A stretch of 64,000 bases of DNA. Origin: an uncultured Gammaproteobacteria bacterium. GTDB lineage: Bacteria; Patescibacteriota; Patescibacteriia; Patescibacteriales; UBA12075. Position numbers and translations under genes: made by a program. Location: assembly GCA_964459725.1 (NCBI GenBank), contig CAYWNT010000007.1, forward strand, positions 7,843-71,842. Reading direction: 5' to 3'. Position 1 is the stretch's first letter; the number at the start of each line of letters is the position of its first letter. The notes below the pieces were generated by a model. That model was not told the DNA's origin. It saw nothing but the letters and a program-made list of their open reading frames with translations, and did no database searches. Below, in pieces: positions 44,688 to 55,214 of this stretch.

Positions 44688-47267
44688 ATGGCTAGAAGAA
44701 GAAGGAAAAAACGTAGTTTGGTAAGTCGCATTAGCATTCCAAAATTACCAGAACTTGATTTAGACCCTGAAACAAAAAAGGGTATTTTTATTGTATTTTT
44801 ATTAGCCCTGGGTGCTATCAGCATGCTTGGTCTTTTTGATTTGGCAAGTGATCTAGGAGTGTACTTAAAATCGGGTCTTGTCTGGGCTTTTGGTCAGGGT
44901 AAATGGCTTTATCCAGTCCTTATATTTGTCTGGGCGTTTTTTCTCTATAGTGAGGAGAGGAGACTCAAGGGTAGTAATTATTTAGGGTTGTTTTTGTTTG
45001 TTATTTCTTTTCAAACTTTGCTTACATTATTTGTGGAGAGGGATCAATGGGAAAAAGCTCTTGAAATGGGAGTCGGAGGTGGAATGCTAGGATTGTTTTT
45101 GGCAGGAGTTTTTGTAAATTTAATGGGCTTTATTGCATCCTTGATTGTTTCTCTAAGTATTTTAATAATATCATTACTTCTTTTGCTCGACACCACCTTA
45201 ACTAGATTATTGGGAAGTGAAAGTTGGTTTGCTAAAGTACTTCATCCTGTTAATTTTTTGGTTGCAAAGTTTTTAAAGAAGAAAGAGGTCACAGAAGACG
45301 AAGAAGGAACGGAGGAAATGGAAGAAGAGGAAATGGAAGAGGAAGAAGAAGAGGAGGAGGAAATGGAAGAGGAAGAAGAGGAGGAGGAAGAAATGGAAGA
45401 GGAAGAAGAGGAGGAGGAAGAAGATGAGACGGAAGAGGAAGAGGACGAAGTACCGGAATTTATGAAACCAACCGTGAAAGATCCTGCCAAAGAAGAGGAC
45501 AGTGATGAAGATCCATGGTGGATGAAGCCATCTGGAATAGACATCAAATTACCTTTGACTCTTCTTAACGGAAAACGAGGAAAACCTACCAGTGGAGACA
45601 TTGAAGACAACAAAGAGATAATTAGAAATACTCTAGAGCAGTTCAAGATCCCAGTAGATATGGGCAAGGTAAGTATTGGGCCAACTGTGACTCAATATAC
45701 TTTCAAGCCAGCCAAGGGAGTAAAGCTATCAAAGATAACAACACTTGGAAATGATCTGGCTTTGTCTCTAGCAGCTCATCCAATTAGAATTGAAGCTCCA
45801 ATTCCTGGTAAATCATTGGTTGGTGTTGAAGTTCCAAACGAAGCCAAGGCCGTAGTTAGCCTCAAAGAAGTTTTAGCCTCAAAAAATTACAAAGAAAGAA
45901 AGCACGACATGATGGTCGCTCTTGGAAAGGACGTAGCTGGAAATACTTGGCTTGATGATGTTACCAAAATGCCTCACTTGCTTGTTGCTGGTGCAACAAA
46001 CTCTGGTAAGTCAGTTTGTCTAAATACTATAATTGTTAGTTTGCTCTATCAGAATAATCCGGATGATCTGAGGTTTATTATGGTTGATCCAAAGAGAGTC
46101 GAACTTCCAGGGTATAATGGTCTTCCTCATATGATGTGTCCTGTGATTACTGACGTAAAGAAGACTGTCAACGCGCTTAATTGGTGTTTGCGCGAAATGG
46201 ATAGTCGTTTCGATTTCTTTTCTAAAAGTGGGCATAGAAATATCCAGGCATACAATGAAACCGCTGAGGTGAAGATGCCGTATATTGTTTTTATTATTGA
46301 TGAGTTAGCAGATTTGATGGTTACAGCAGCAAAAGAGATTGAATCATCGGTTATTCGTCTGGCTCAAATGTCTCGTGCAGTTGGTATCCACTTGATTCTA
46401 GCTACGCAGAGACCAAGTGTGAATGTGATTACAGGATTAATCAAGGCTAACATGCCGGCTCGTATTGCCTTTTCAGTAGCATCAGGACAAGACTCCAGAA
46501 CCATATTGGATTCTACTGGAGCTGAAAAGTTGCTCGGCCAGGGAGACATGCTTGTTATTAATTCTCAGATATCAAAGCCTTTGAGACTACAGGGGGCGTA
46601 CTTGAGTGATGCTGAGATAAAAAAGGTTGTAAGATTTATAAAGCAAAAAGGAGGTAAGGCAAACTTTGTTGAAGGTATAGTAGATCAAAGTAGTGGGCCA
46701 GGCGTTCCAGGGATGCCAGGTGGCGATGATGGAGGAGATGATTTATTTGAAGAAGCAAAAGAGATAGTAATAAACATGGGCAAAGCATCTGCATCTTTGT
46801 TGCAGAGGAGACTTAGTATTGGTTATGCGCGTGCTGCAAGAATAATGGACTTGCTTGAGAGTGCCGGTATAATCGGTCCGGCCAATGGAGCAAAGCCGCG
46901 TGAGATAATGGTATCGAAGGAGCAATACGAAGCCCTAAGTGACGCTGGAACAAGTGGTGTATCAATTCACAGCAGAGACGAGGCTGAAGCTCCGGAATCA
47001 TATCTGGGAGAAGAGGACGATGGTGATGTTCCTCCTGTGTTTGTTTCTGAGAAAATTGAAGACGAAGAGGAGGAAGAAGTTGAAGAAGAAGAGAATGACG
47101 AGATTGAAGAAGAGAAGGAAAAATCTGAAAACAAGGAAGAGGAGAAAGAGGAAGAAGATGAAGAGATGGAAGAAAGCGAAGAAGAAACTAAAAATGAAGA
47201 AAGTAAAGAAGAACCAGAAAATGATAACAAAGAAGACGAAGATGATGGACGATATTTTTCTAGATAA
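44688..47267 (+). CDS. ftsK: DNA translocase FtsK/SpoIIIE with an acidic repeat linker and an acidic C-terminal extension
   Basis: 859 aa. N-terminal TM helices, Walker A AGATNSGKS, Walker B FIIDELADL, gamma-domain LLQRRLSIGYARAARIMDLLE. Confidence 0.93.
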   Translation: MARRRRKKRSLVSRISIPKLPELDLDPETKKGIFIVFLLALGAISMLGLFDLASDLGVYLKSGLVWAFGQGKWLYPVLIFVWAFFLYSEERRLKGSNYLGLFLFVISFQTLLTLFVERDQWEKALEMGVGGGMLGLFLAGVFVNLMGFIASLIVSLSILIISLLLLLDTTLTRLLGSESWFAKVLHPVNFLVAKFLKKKEVTEDEEGTEEMEEEEMEEEEEEEEEMEEEEEEEEEMEEEEEEEEEDETEEEEDEVPEFMKPTVKDPAKEEDSDEDPWWMKPSGIDIKLPLTLLNGKRGKPTSGDIEDNKEIIRNTLEQFKIPVDMGKVSIGPTVTQYTFKPAKGVKLSKITTLGNDLALSLAAHPIRIEAPIPGKSLVGVEVPNEAKAVVSLKEVLASKNYKERKHDMMVALGKDVAGNTWLDDVTKMPHLLVAGATNSGKSVCLNTIIVSLLYQNNPDDLRFIMVDPKRVELPGYNGLPHMMCPVITDVKKTVNALNWCLREMDSRFDFFSKSGHRNIQAYNETAEVKMPYIVFIIDELADLMVTAAKEIESSVIRLAQMSRAVGIHLILATQRPSVNVITGLIKANMPARIAFSVASGQDSRTILDSTGAEKLLGQGDMLVINSQISKPLRLQGAYLSDAEIKKVVRFIKQKGGKANFVEGIVDQSSGPGVPGMPGGDDGGDDLFEEAKEIVINMGKASASLLQRRLSIGYARAARIMDLLESAGIIGPANGAKPREIMVSKEQYEALSDAGTSGVSIHSRDEAEAPESYLGEEDDGDVPPVFVSEKIEDEEEEEVEEEENDEIEEEKEKSENKEEEKEEEDEEMEESEEETKNEESKEEPENDNKEDEDDGRYFSR
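45316..45420 (+). repeat. 30-nt tandem repeat (3 full units at 45331-45420 plus a partial leader) encoding (EMEEEEEEEE)n inside ftsK
   Basis: Units aaatggaagaggaagaagaRgaggaggaRg. The second and third units are identical. Confidence 0.9.
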
Positions 47268-47344
47268 TAATCTTTACAATCTACAGTATTTATATTAATA
47301 TAAGATGGTATTAATAATTATAAGTCTAATAAAAATTTAAAAAT

Positions 47345-47992
47345 ATGATAATAACTTGGTTAGGTCATTCTTGTTTTAAAATTCAGGATAAGACAGGTCC
47401 AGATGGAGTAACGATTACAACTGACCCTTTTGATAAAAAAGTAGGACTAAAAGTTCCTAATTTTGAATCAGATATTGTTACGGTTAGTCACGATCACTAT
47501 GACCATAATAATGTGAAGTCATTACGTGGAAATCCTTTTAAGATTGATATGGCTGGTGAATATGACAGCAAAGGTGTATCTGTCCATGGTGTAGAGTCTT
47601 ATCATGATACAGAAAAAGGAAAAGAAAGAGGGATTAATATTATTTACAGAATTGAGATAGATAATATTTCAGTGAGTCACTTGGGAGATCTAGGCACCGC
47701 TCTAGACAATAAGCAATTGGAAGTTTTGGTGGGTACAGATATTCTGCTAATCCCAGTTGGTGGTAAATACACACTGGATGCTAAAAAAGCAGTAGAAGTT
47801 ATTTCTCAAGTTGAGCCTAGGATAGTAATACCAATGCACTATAAGATTCCTGGACTAAAAATTGACGATATAGACACGGTAGACAAGTTTGTAAAAGAGC
47901 TAGGAATAAAACCGACCGAAGAGCAGAAACTAAAGATTTCAAAAAAGGATTTACCACAGGAGGATATGGAGTTAGTAATATTAAACGCATAA
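47345..47992 (+). CDS. MBL-fold metal-dependent hydrolase (UPF0173-like)
   Basis: 215 aa. MIITWLGHSCFKI.. N-terminus and ..VSHDHYDHNN.. motif. Confidence 0.85.
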   Translation: MIITWLGHSCFKIQDKTGPDGVTITTDPFDKKVGLKVPNFESDIVTVSHDHYDHNNVKSLRGNPFKIDMAGEYDSKGVSVHGVESYHDTEKGKERGINIIYRIEIDNISVSHLGDLGTALDNKQLEVLVGTDILLIPVGGKYTLDAKKAVEVISQVEPRIVIPMHYKIPGLKIDDIDTVDKFVKELGIKPTEEQKLKISKKDLPQEDMELVILNA

Positions 47993-48000
47993 GATAGAAT

Positions 48001-48036
48001 AAAAAAACACCGTCTAGATTAGACGGTGTTTTTTTA
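48001..48036. terminator. bidirectional terminator
   Basis: A-run, stem caccgtct/agacggtg, then T-run. Confidence 0.8.
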
Positions 48037-48045
48037 TTTCCAATT

Positions 48046-49161
48046 TTATTTAAGTTGTTTTTTAAACCAATCTACAAAAGGCACTTGTCCGGGCTTAACT
48101 TCGTTTAGCATTCCTAGATAGTAGGTTATCCAGGTTCCTAATTGGAGAAGTTCGAATGCTTGTTCTAGTTTTGTGGCTCCTGTCAGCTGGTGACTTATTG
48201 CCTTGATATCATTTTTTCTGATTACTTGTTTGGTGAGCTTGCTTCTTTTTTGAATCCTTTTGTGGTAGAGGGCAGAATCGAAGAAGAGGAAAACAAAATC
48301 TTTTTTATTGCTTTTTGGATGAGAGAGCCCCTCCATGGCAAAGTGGTTTAGATCAGGAAGGCCCAGGTAGCTACCGAAGGTCTTGCTGGTTTCGCAAAAC
48401 TGGTTTCTCATTGTTCGGAGATTGCCTACTAAATGCTCTGAGGCAATAATGATCGGTTCTTTCTTATAAAGAGCGGTAGCTATTTTTTTCGCTGGGTTTG
48501 TTTTTAGTTTGCTTCCTATGTTTAGTTTTTTATTCCTCTTGTCAAGACTAGAAATGATATTTTCTATTTCTTGCTTGTTTGTCTTGAAAAGTCGGGCTTT
48601 ACCCATGAGGACCATCATGCCAAAGATTGCATATCCAAGCCCTAACCGAGGTTGATTGGATGGGTTGTGGCTATGTTCGAAAATATATCCTGGTATCTTA
48701 TCTCTGTTCATTATTTTTTCTAGTTTGTTTTTTTTACTGTGAGCTGTAATGGCAATAATCTTTGCTCTTCTTTTTTTTGCGATCTTCAGGGCTTCAAGTG
48801 GTTCTTCAGTGTTGCCGGAGTATGATGAAACAATATAAAGGGTTTTATTATTGACATGAGCAGGAACACTATAACCTGGAGTTATTGAGATTGGCACCTT
48901 GATCTCCTCGCCCATGACGGATTTTACAATTCCTGCACCAAGATTTGATCCACCCATGCCGCTTACGACAACCTGGGTGATGCCTTGTGTTAATTTTTTT
49001 GGGACAGAAACATTTCGAGAATCACGAAGTACTTGCTTGATTTGCTCTCCAAGCAGCTCAATTGATTCTGAAACCATACTGGTATCAAATTTTTTAATTT
49101 GACTAATCTTATCTAAGTTCATAGGATTGTTTAAATAAAAATTATTATACCCCAAAAGCAC
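48046..49161 (-). CDS. bifunctional phosphoglucose/phosphomannose isomerase-type SIS protein (start GTG 49161 or ATG 49122)
   Basis: About 358-371 aa. SIS motifs (..VVSGMGGSNLGAG.., ..IVSSYSGNTEE..). Confidence 0.8.
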   Translation of the reverse strand: MLLGYNNFYLNNPMNLDKISQIKKFDTSMVSESIELLGEQIKQVLRDSRNVSVPKKLTQGITQVVVSGMGGSNLGAGIVKSVMGEEIKVPISITPGYSVPAHVNNKTLYIVSSYSGNTEEPLEALKIAKKRRAKIIAITAHSKKNKLEKIMNRDKIPGYIFEHSHNPSNQPRLGLGYAIFGMMVLMGKARLFKTNKQEIENIISSLDKRNKKLNIGSKLKTNPAKKIATALYKKEPIIIASEHLVGNLRTMRNQFCETSKTFGSYLGLPDLNHFAMEGLSHPKSNKKDFVFLFFDSALYHKRIQKRSKLTKQVIRKNDIKAISHQLTGATKLEQAFELLQLGTWITYYLGMLNEVKPGQVPFVDWFKKQLK

Positions 49162-49296
49162 TTCCTTGAGGGCGTATTTTAATTATACTATTTTTCCTTG
49201 CAAAAGGCTATTTTTTGTAACACAAAACTTGATTTTTATCCGAATATATGACATTATATTATAAGTAATTAAGAAAATTATAAATATATTTAAAAT

Positions 49297-50022
49297 ATGT
49301 CAGGACACAGTAAATGGTCTACAATAAAAAGAGCAAAAGGAACAGCTGACGCTAAGCGTGGCGCTATTTTTACCAAGATTTCAAACTTGATAACTATCGC
49401 AGCTAGAGAAAAAGGAGGAGATGTTGATACTAATTTTATGCTTCGAATGGCAATCGACAAAGCGAAGTCCGCCAATATGCCGAAAGACAATATCGAGAGA
49501 GCAATAAAGAAGGGGACAGGAGAACTCGAGGGTGGTCAGATTGAAGAATTAATTTATGAAGGCATCGGCCCAGTTAATGCCCAGTTTGTAGTTAGATCTC
49601 TGACGGATAATAAAAACAGAAGTGCAGCTAGTATCAGACATATTTTTACTAAATTTGGTGGATCATTGGGGTCTGTAATGTGGAATTTTACGCAAAAAGG
49701 AGTTATTAGAATTTTGAAAGAAAATCTTGAAACATTAAATGGAGATCTGGATGATTTTGAACTAGAATTGATAGAGGCTGGAGCTCAGGATATAGAAAAA
49801 GAAGATGAGGGAATATCAATAATTACGAATATTGAAGATTTGCAAAATGTTAAAAAAACTTTAGAAGAAAAAGAAATAAAAACAGAATCAGCTGAGATTG
49901 AATATGTAGCAAAAGATGAGGCGGAAATAAGTGATGGTGATAAAGAAAAATTGGAAAAATTTACTGAAATGCTGGATGACTGTGAAGACGTGTTGGATTA
50001 TTACACAAACGTGAATGTATGA
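49297..50022 (+). CDS. yebC: YebC/PmpR-family transcriptional regulator
   Basis: 241 aa. MSGHSKWSTIKR N-terminus. Confidence 0.93.
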   Translation: MSGHSKWSTIKRAKGTADAKRGAIFTKISNLITIAAREKGGDVDTNFMLRMAIDKAKSANMPKDNIERAIKKGTGELEGGQIEELIYEGIGPVNAQFVVRSLTDNKNRSAASIRHIFTKFGGSLGSVMWNFTQKGVIRILKENLETLNGDLDDFELELIEAGAQDIEKEDEGISIITNIEDLQNVKKTLEEKEIKTESAEIEYVAKDEAEISDGDKEKLEKFTEMLDDCEDVLDYYTNVNV

Positions 50023-50519
50023 TAGCCAAAAATTCCAATCCTCAATATCCCAAAATCATCCTCGGCATTGATCCTGGGATAGCAGATACTGGTTTCGGTA
50101 TTATCAGGGTGGAGCAAGAAGGAAAAATGGAGTGTGTTGATTATGGATCTATCACGACTAAGGCGCATACTGAATTGGCTGATCGTTTGGATATTCTAGC
50201 TAAGGCTTTAAATGATATTATAAAAAAGTATAAGCCAAGCCTTGTGTCTGTTGAGGAATTATTTTTTTGTAAAAATGTTAAGACAGCTCTAACGGTTGGT
50301 CATGCTAGAGGGGTGGTCCTGCTCACTGCCAGACAGAACAAGCTACCGATTGTTGAGTTCACTCCACTTCAGGTCAAGCAAGCTGTATCATCTTATGGTA
50401 AGGCTGACAAAAGGCAAGTTCAAGAAGTGGTAAAAATGCTTTTGAATCTAAAAAGTATTCCCAAGCCGGATGATGCGGCTGACGCCTTGGCAGTAGCAAT
50501 TTGCGCTGTAAATAATTAA
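50019..50519 (+). CDS. ruvC: Holliday junction resolvase RuvC
   Basis: 166 aa. ILGIDPGIADTGFGII.., ..VEELFF.., ..DAADALAVAIC. ATGA overlap with yebC. Confidence 0.92.
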   Translation: MIAKNSNPQYPKIILGIDPGIADTGFGIIRVEQEGKMECVDYGSITTKAHTELADRLDILAKALNDIIKKYKPSLVSVEELFFCKNVKTALTVGHARGVVLLTARQNKLPIVEFTPLQVKQAVSSYGKADKRQVQEVVKMLLNLKSIPKPDDAADALAVAICAVNN

Positions 50520-50548
50520 TAATAATTTTAGAGTTCAGAATTATAATT

Positions 50549-52015
50549 ATGAAAAAGTTAAAAGTAGTATCAATTTCATCTGAAATCGCACCTTTTTCTA
50601 AAACGGGTGGTTTAGCTGACGTGGCTAGAAGTTTGCCAAAAGCTTTGCGAAGGCTCGGTCATGAAGTTATTGCAATTACTCCTTTGTATGGAAGGATAAT
50701 GAATCCTGAGGATTTAGGATTGGAACTAATACATAAAGATGTAGAGTTATATCTAAATTCGGTTGATGTTGTAAAGGTGAATTATTGGAAGGGGTACTCC
50801 ATGAAAGGCCTTCCGATATATTTTGTCGAAAATAAAAAATATTTTTCAAAGAGAAAAAGTCTCTATGGATCAACTCATGAAAACGTAAGATTTTTGATTT
50901 TTGATGTGGCCGCGCTTAAGCTGGTGTCCTTGTTGAAGTTTGAGGCAGACATAGTTCATTGTCATGATTGGCAGACCGGTCTCATCCCGTTTTATTTAAA
51001 AACTCAATTCAGATATTCAAAAACCCTTCGTAATGCCAAAACGATTTTTACGATCCATAATTTGGTTTTTCAGTTTGGAAAAAATTGGTGGGAGGTGCCG
51101 AATGATAAAAAAGATTTCGGAAGAAAGAGAATTCCTCACATAACTGATCCTGAAATTGAATATATTAATTTTGCCAAAAGAGCAATTATTTCAGCAGATG
51201 CAGTTAGCACTGTTAGTGAGCAATATAGAGACGAGATAATGACAAAAAATGTGGGTCAAGATTTGCACAGGATTTTAAAAAATAGAGAAGATCGTTTGTT
51301 TGGGATAGTTAACGGTATAGATTATAATGCCTACAATCCCGAGAAAGACCCTGGTATTTATAAGAGATATAACTATAAAAAAATTCATAGAAAGAAACTA
51401 AACAAATTGTATTTGCAAGAAAAATATGAATTACCGATTGATCGGAAAATTCCTATCATCTGCGCTACTTCGAGAGTGACTTTTCAAAAAGGTTTTGAGC
51501 TCATAACAAAGTTACTACATATTATCTTGAGACACGACATTCAGTTGATCATAATGGGCGATGGCGACAAGAGGTATATCAGAGAAATAAAAAAAATGGC
51601 CAAGAAATATCCCAAGAAGTTGGTCTGGGTGCCTTTTACTCAAAAGGAGGAGACCTTGCTCTATGCCGGCTCTGATTTTTTTATTTTGCCATCTCATCAC
51701 GAACCTTGCGGGATTAATCAGTTGATAGCTATGAGATATGGATGTGTGCCGATCGTTAGAAAGGTGGGAGGTTTGCATGACACAGTGAGTAATTATAGCG
51801 CGCTTAATAAAAAAGGAACTGGTTTTACTTTTAAGTACTTCGATGAGTTTTCTTTGTATGCTGGTATTGTTAGAGCTGTAGAAACTTACAAAGATAAGTA
51901 TATTTGGCGCAGTTTAAAAGTTAGAGCAATGCAAGAATCGAATAGCTGGGAAATTCCAGCCAAGAAGTACGTAGAGTTATATAAAAAAGCAATTAGGTTT
52001 AAAAACGGAAAATAG
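50549..52015 (+). CDS. glgA: glycogen/starch synthase (GT5), copy 1
   Basis: 488 aa. SSEIAPFSKTGGLADV (KxGGL motif) and ..PSHHEPCGINQL... Confidence 0.9.
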   Translation: MKKLKVVSISSEIAPFSKTGGLADVARSLPKALRRLGHEVIAITPLYGRIMNPEDLGLELIHKDVELYLNSVDVVKVNYWKGYSMKGLPIYFVENKKYFSKRKSLYGSTHENVRFLIFDVAALKLVSLLKFEADIVHCHDWQTGLIPFYLKTQFRYSKTLRNAKTIFTIHNLVFQFGKNWWEVPNDKKDFGRKRIPHITDPEIEYINFAKRAIISADAVSTVSEQYRDEIMTKNVGQDLHRILKNREDRLFGIVNGIDYNAYNPEKDPGIYKRYNYKKIHRKKLNKLYLQEKYELPIDRKIPIICATSRVTFQKGFELITKLLHIILRHDIQLIIMGDGDKRYIREIKKMAKKYPKKLVWVPFTQKEETLLYAGSDFFILPSHHEPCGINQLIAMRYGCVPIVRKVGGLHDTVSNYSALNKKGTGFTFKYFDEFSLYAGIVRAVETYKDKYIWRSLKVRAMQESNSWEIPAKKYVELYKKAIRFKNGK

Positions 52016-52056
52016 TTTTTATAAAAATATTAATATTCATAAATATATAGTAGTGT

Positions 52057-53226
52057 ATGCTTTGGATAAATTTTTTACATCTCTATCAGCCAGCTAATTC
52101 TGATGCGCATGTAATCGAGGAGGCAATTGAAAAGAGTTATTCGCGCATCGTTCGCGCTCTGGAGGAGCATCCTAAAATAAAGTTTACTTTAAATATTCAG
52201 GGTTGTTTGATTTTGCGATGGGAAGAAATGGGGTACGAGTGGTTGATAAAGAAAATTGATGAATTGATCAAAAAGGGACAGGTTGAACTTACTGGAACTT
52301 GTGCCTTTCATCCTTTGATGCCACTTATTTCCGCTGAGGAAGTAGAATCACAAATAAAGACTAACGAAAAAATATTAAAGAAGCATTTTGGTAAAAACTT
52401 CAAGCCAAAAGGATTTTTCTTGCCAGAAATGGCATATAGCAAAGAAGTTGCGAAAATTATCAAGAAGAATGGGTATAAATGGATTATATTGGATGAAATT
52501 GCCAAGTCTGGAAAATTGAAAAATGAGAATTTAAATAATGTTTTCGAGGATAAGGAAAGCTCTCTCTCAGTTGTGTTTAGAAACAGAGAATTATCTCAAA
52601 ATTATGTTCCAGATATTTTGAGAAGCGATATTCATATTCAAAGATTTAAAAATAAAGAAAACATCTACATAACAGCAACAGATGGAGAGTTATATGGGCT
52701 TAGACACATAGATCATACAGCAGAGTTTGAAAAACTACTAGATAAAAGTGATTTAAAAACACAAACTATCTCTGAGTACATTGAAGGCAAAACGAAAGAG
52801 AAGACTTCTATAGTTCCGTGTAGCTGGGAGTCTACTGAAAAAGAGCTGGAGAGAAAGTTGCCCTATGCTTTGTGGCTTGATCCAAAAAACAAAATACAAA
52901 AGAAACTTTGGGAGTTGGCAAACTTAACATATGACACCATCAAGGACAATCCAAATGATGAAAATATTTATTGGGTTAAGTGGCATTTTGTGAGAGGGCT
53001 TGCGAGTTGTACTTTTTGGTGGGCGTCAGCTAGGGACTTGAAATTATTTAGTGGAATCTCGTGGAGTCCTGACGAGATAGAGAGAGGGATCAATGAGTTT
53101 ATAAGAGCGCTTAGGGCATTTCACGATGAAGATACTAGAAAGACAAAAATTAAAGCAGAGAAACTGTATATAAAAATTAAACAAATGATCTGGGATAAAC
53201 ATTGGAATTATTATTGGAAAAAATAA
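52057..53226 (+). CDS. glycoside hydrolase family 57 protein
   Basis: 389 aa. ..FLHLYQP.., ..FFLPEMAYS.. (nucleophile Glu context), ..TDGELYG... Confidence 0.8.
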   Translation: MLWINFLHLYQPANSDAHVIEEAIEKSYSRIVRALEEHPKIKFTLNIQGCLILRWEEMGYEWLIKKIDELIKKGQVELTGTCAFHPLMPLISAEEVESQIKTNEKILKKHFGKNFKPKGFFLPEMAYSKEVAKIIKKNGYKWIILDEIAKSGKLKNENLNNVFEDKESSLSVVFRNRELSQNYVPDILRSDIHIQRFKNKENIYITATDGELYGLRHIDHTAEFEKLLDKSDLKTQTISEYIEGKTKEKTSIVPCSWESTEKELERKLPYALWLDPKNKIQKKLWELANLTYDTIKDNPNDENIYWVKWHFVRGLASCTFWWASARDLKLFSGISWSPDEIERGINEFIRALRAFHDEDTRKTKIKAEKLYIKIKQMIWDKHWNYYWKK

Positions 53227-53300
53227 GGTAATTTAAGTACAGATTAGATCGTGCTATATATTTTTTGAAATATTTTAGGCGATGATTGAAGATAAGATTT

Positions 53301-54323
53301 ATGAATAAAATACTTCATCTTTTTGATGAGAAATATGTAAAAGATTTTTTAAGTGAAAAGGTTTTGCCGAAATATCCTGATTTTGTATCTATAAAAAAAG
53401 TAACGATTAAGCCTTGGAAGAAACATGTTTGGGAGAGCACGTATCATGTGGTGTTAGAGTTTAAAACAGTATTTAAAACCAAAGACGGCAAAATTAAAAA
53501 ATTGCCGATTTTTTGTTCGGCGCACAGTAATGAACCAAGGGAGAACGTATATCACAGTTTAGAATTCCTATGGAAGCATGGTTTTGGGAAGGGTTACCTT
53601 ACTATTCCTCATCCTCTTTTTTATTCAGATTATTTTCAGGCAACTTTTTATCGCGGTATAGATGGAAATCATCTTTATTACTATATCCGTGAAAACAATT
53701 TTCCAGTAATAGAGGCAATTGTGGAGAAGGCTGCGAAGTGGTTTAATAAACTTCATAATTTAGAAGTGGAAGAGATGAGAAATTTTAATGAAGAAAACAG
53801 TAGAATTAGAACGGTTTTTCCGGGCGCGGATCACACATGTGAGAGAATAAAACATGACTATCCGGAGCATTATGATTTTTATAAAAAGGCCTATTCTATA
53901 TTCATGGAAAAGGAAGAAAAATTTTTATCCACGACAGAAAAAAGATGGTTGGTTCATGGAGATGCTCATCCTGAGAACATAATAAAAATGGGTCACAAAA
54001 AGATAGGATTGATCGACTTTACTGATCTTTGCCTTTCTGACTTTACGAGAGATATTGGGACATTCTTGCAGCAACTTGAATTTATGTGTAATCGTAAAAT
54101 AAGTGACAGAGATTATTCTAAGAAAATTAAGCAAATATTTTTGGATAGCTATTTCAGCGGAAGCAGTATTAAATTAAACCAAGACATACAAGACAGGATT
54201 AATAATTATTATAATTGGACATCACTTAGGACGGCTACTTTTTTTCTTTTAAAGTATGACTCAGAGCCGGAACGTGCTCTGCCCCTGATCGAAAAGATAA
54301 AAAATAATTTACAAATTAACTAA
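53301..54323 (+). CDS. APH/ChoK-type phosphotransferase (substrate unknown)
   Basis: About 340 aa from ATG 53301. LVHGDAHPENII and IGLIDFTD catalytic motifs. Confidence 0.75.
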   Translation: MNKILHLFDEKYVKDFLSEKVLPKYPDFVSIKKVTIKPWKKHVWESTYHVVLEFKTVFKTKDGKIKKLPIFCSAHSNEPRENVYHSLEFLWKHGFGKGYLTIPHPLFYSDYFQATFYRGIDGNHLYYYIRENNFPVIEAIVEKAAKWFNKLHNLEVEEMRNFNEENSRIRTVFPGADHTCERIKHDYPEHYDFYKKAYSIFMEKEEKFLSTTEKRWLVHGDAHPENIIKMGHKKIGLIDFTDLCLSDFTRDIGTFLQQLEFMCNRKISDRDYSKKIKQIFLDSYFSGSSIKLNQDIQDRINNYYNWTSLRTATFFLLKYDSEPERALPLIEKIKNNLQIN

Positions 54324-54339
54324 TAGATTATATAAAAAT

Positions 54340-55212
54340 ATGTTAATTGATCTTCAGTTTCACTCTACTTATTCAGATGGATATTTGTCTCCAACCGATG
54401 TAGTAAAGTTTTGTGTTGAGAGGGGTATTAAAATAGCATCACTTACCGACCATAACACTATAAGTGGTTTAATTGAGTTTGAAAAAGCCTGCAGGAAATA
54501 TAAAGTAAAATATATTCCGGGATTAGAACTCTATGTTAAATTGAATGGTAAAAAGTTTAATTTACTATGGTACAATTTTGACGATGCCCACCCTGATTTG
54601 CATGCCTTATTACGTGATAGTCAGATGAGAAGAAGAGCTAGAGTCAGATCAGTTCTGGAAGAACTGTCGGTGAAAAGCGGTTTTGTTTTGGATGTAGACA
54701 AGATAGTTGATAAATATAATCACTATGTACCTATTAATCACGTAGTAGATGATTTGATTCACTCCTCTTACAATAAAAAAATAGTCAGTCGAATATTAAA
54801 GACGAAAGATTTTCGAGAGTCAGATATTATACATGAATTTTTCAGAAATAAAAAATACGGAATGCTCAGGGAGAGCTATATAAATTTCGATAGAATAATT
54901 AAGATGAGAAAAGAAGTGGGAGGTCAACTCATATATAACCACCCGGCGAAATATGGACACATTGATGAGAAATTTGTAAAAAAACTAAAAGAAAAAGGTC
55001 TAGATGGTATTGAAATGCTATCTCCTCATCACAACTTGGGAGCGATAATGTATATTCAGTTTTTGGCAAAAAAATATAACCTAATTACCACAGGTGGTTC
55101 TGATTATCATCGAAGTGAGGGTGATCGAGCCTTGCTACAGAATTCTCTAGAGTATTTCAAAATTGATTCAAAGTATTTAAGAAATATTAATAAAGTTATA
55201 AAAAAGAAATAA
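54340..55212 (+). CDS. PHP-domain phosphoesterase
   Basis: 290 aa. DLQFHSTYSDG and ..LTDHNT.. motifs, plus C-terminal ..GGSDYH... Confidence 0.85.
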   Translation: MLIDLQFHSTYSDGYLSPTDVVKFCVERGIKIASLTDHNTISGLIEFEKACRKYKVKYIPGLELYVKLNGKKFNLLWYNFDDAHPDLHALLRDSQMRRRARVRSVLEELSVKSGFVLDVDKIVDKYNHYVPINHVVDDLIHSSYNKKIVSRILKTKDFRESDIIHEFFRNKKYGMLRESYINFDRIIKMRKEVGGQLIYNHPAKYGHIDEKFVKKLKEKGLDGIEMLSPHHNLGAIMYIQFLAKKYNLITTGGSDYHRSEGDRALLQNSLEYFKIDSKYLRNINKVIKKK

Positions 55213-55214
55213 TC

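Noticed and set aside
45242-47298. Ser-rich ORFs (45242..45667 -, 46967..47230 -) and a Lys/Arg-rich ORF (46939..47298 +).
   Set aside because: They are antisense or alternative-frame readings of the GAA/GAG-rich acidic low-complexity regions of ftsK.
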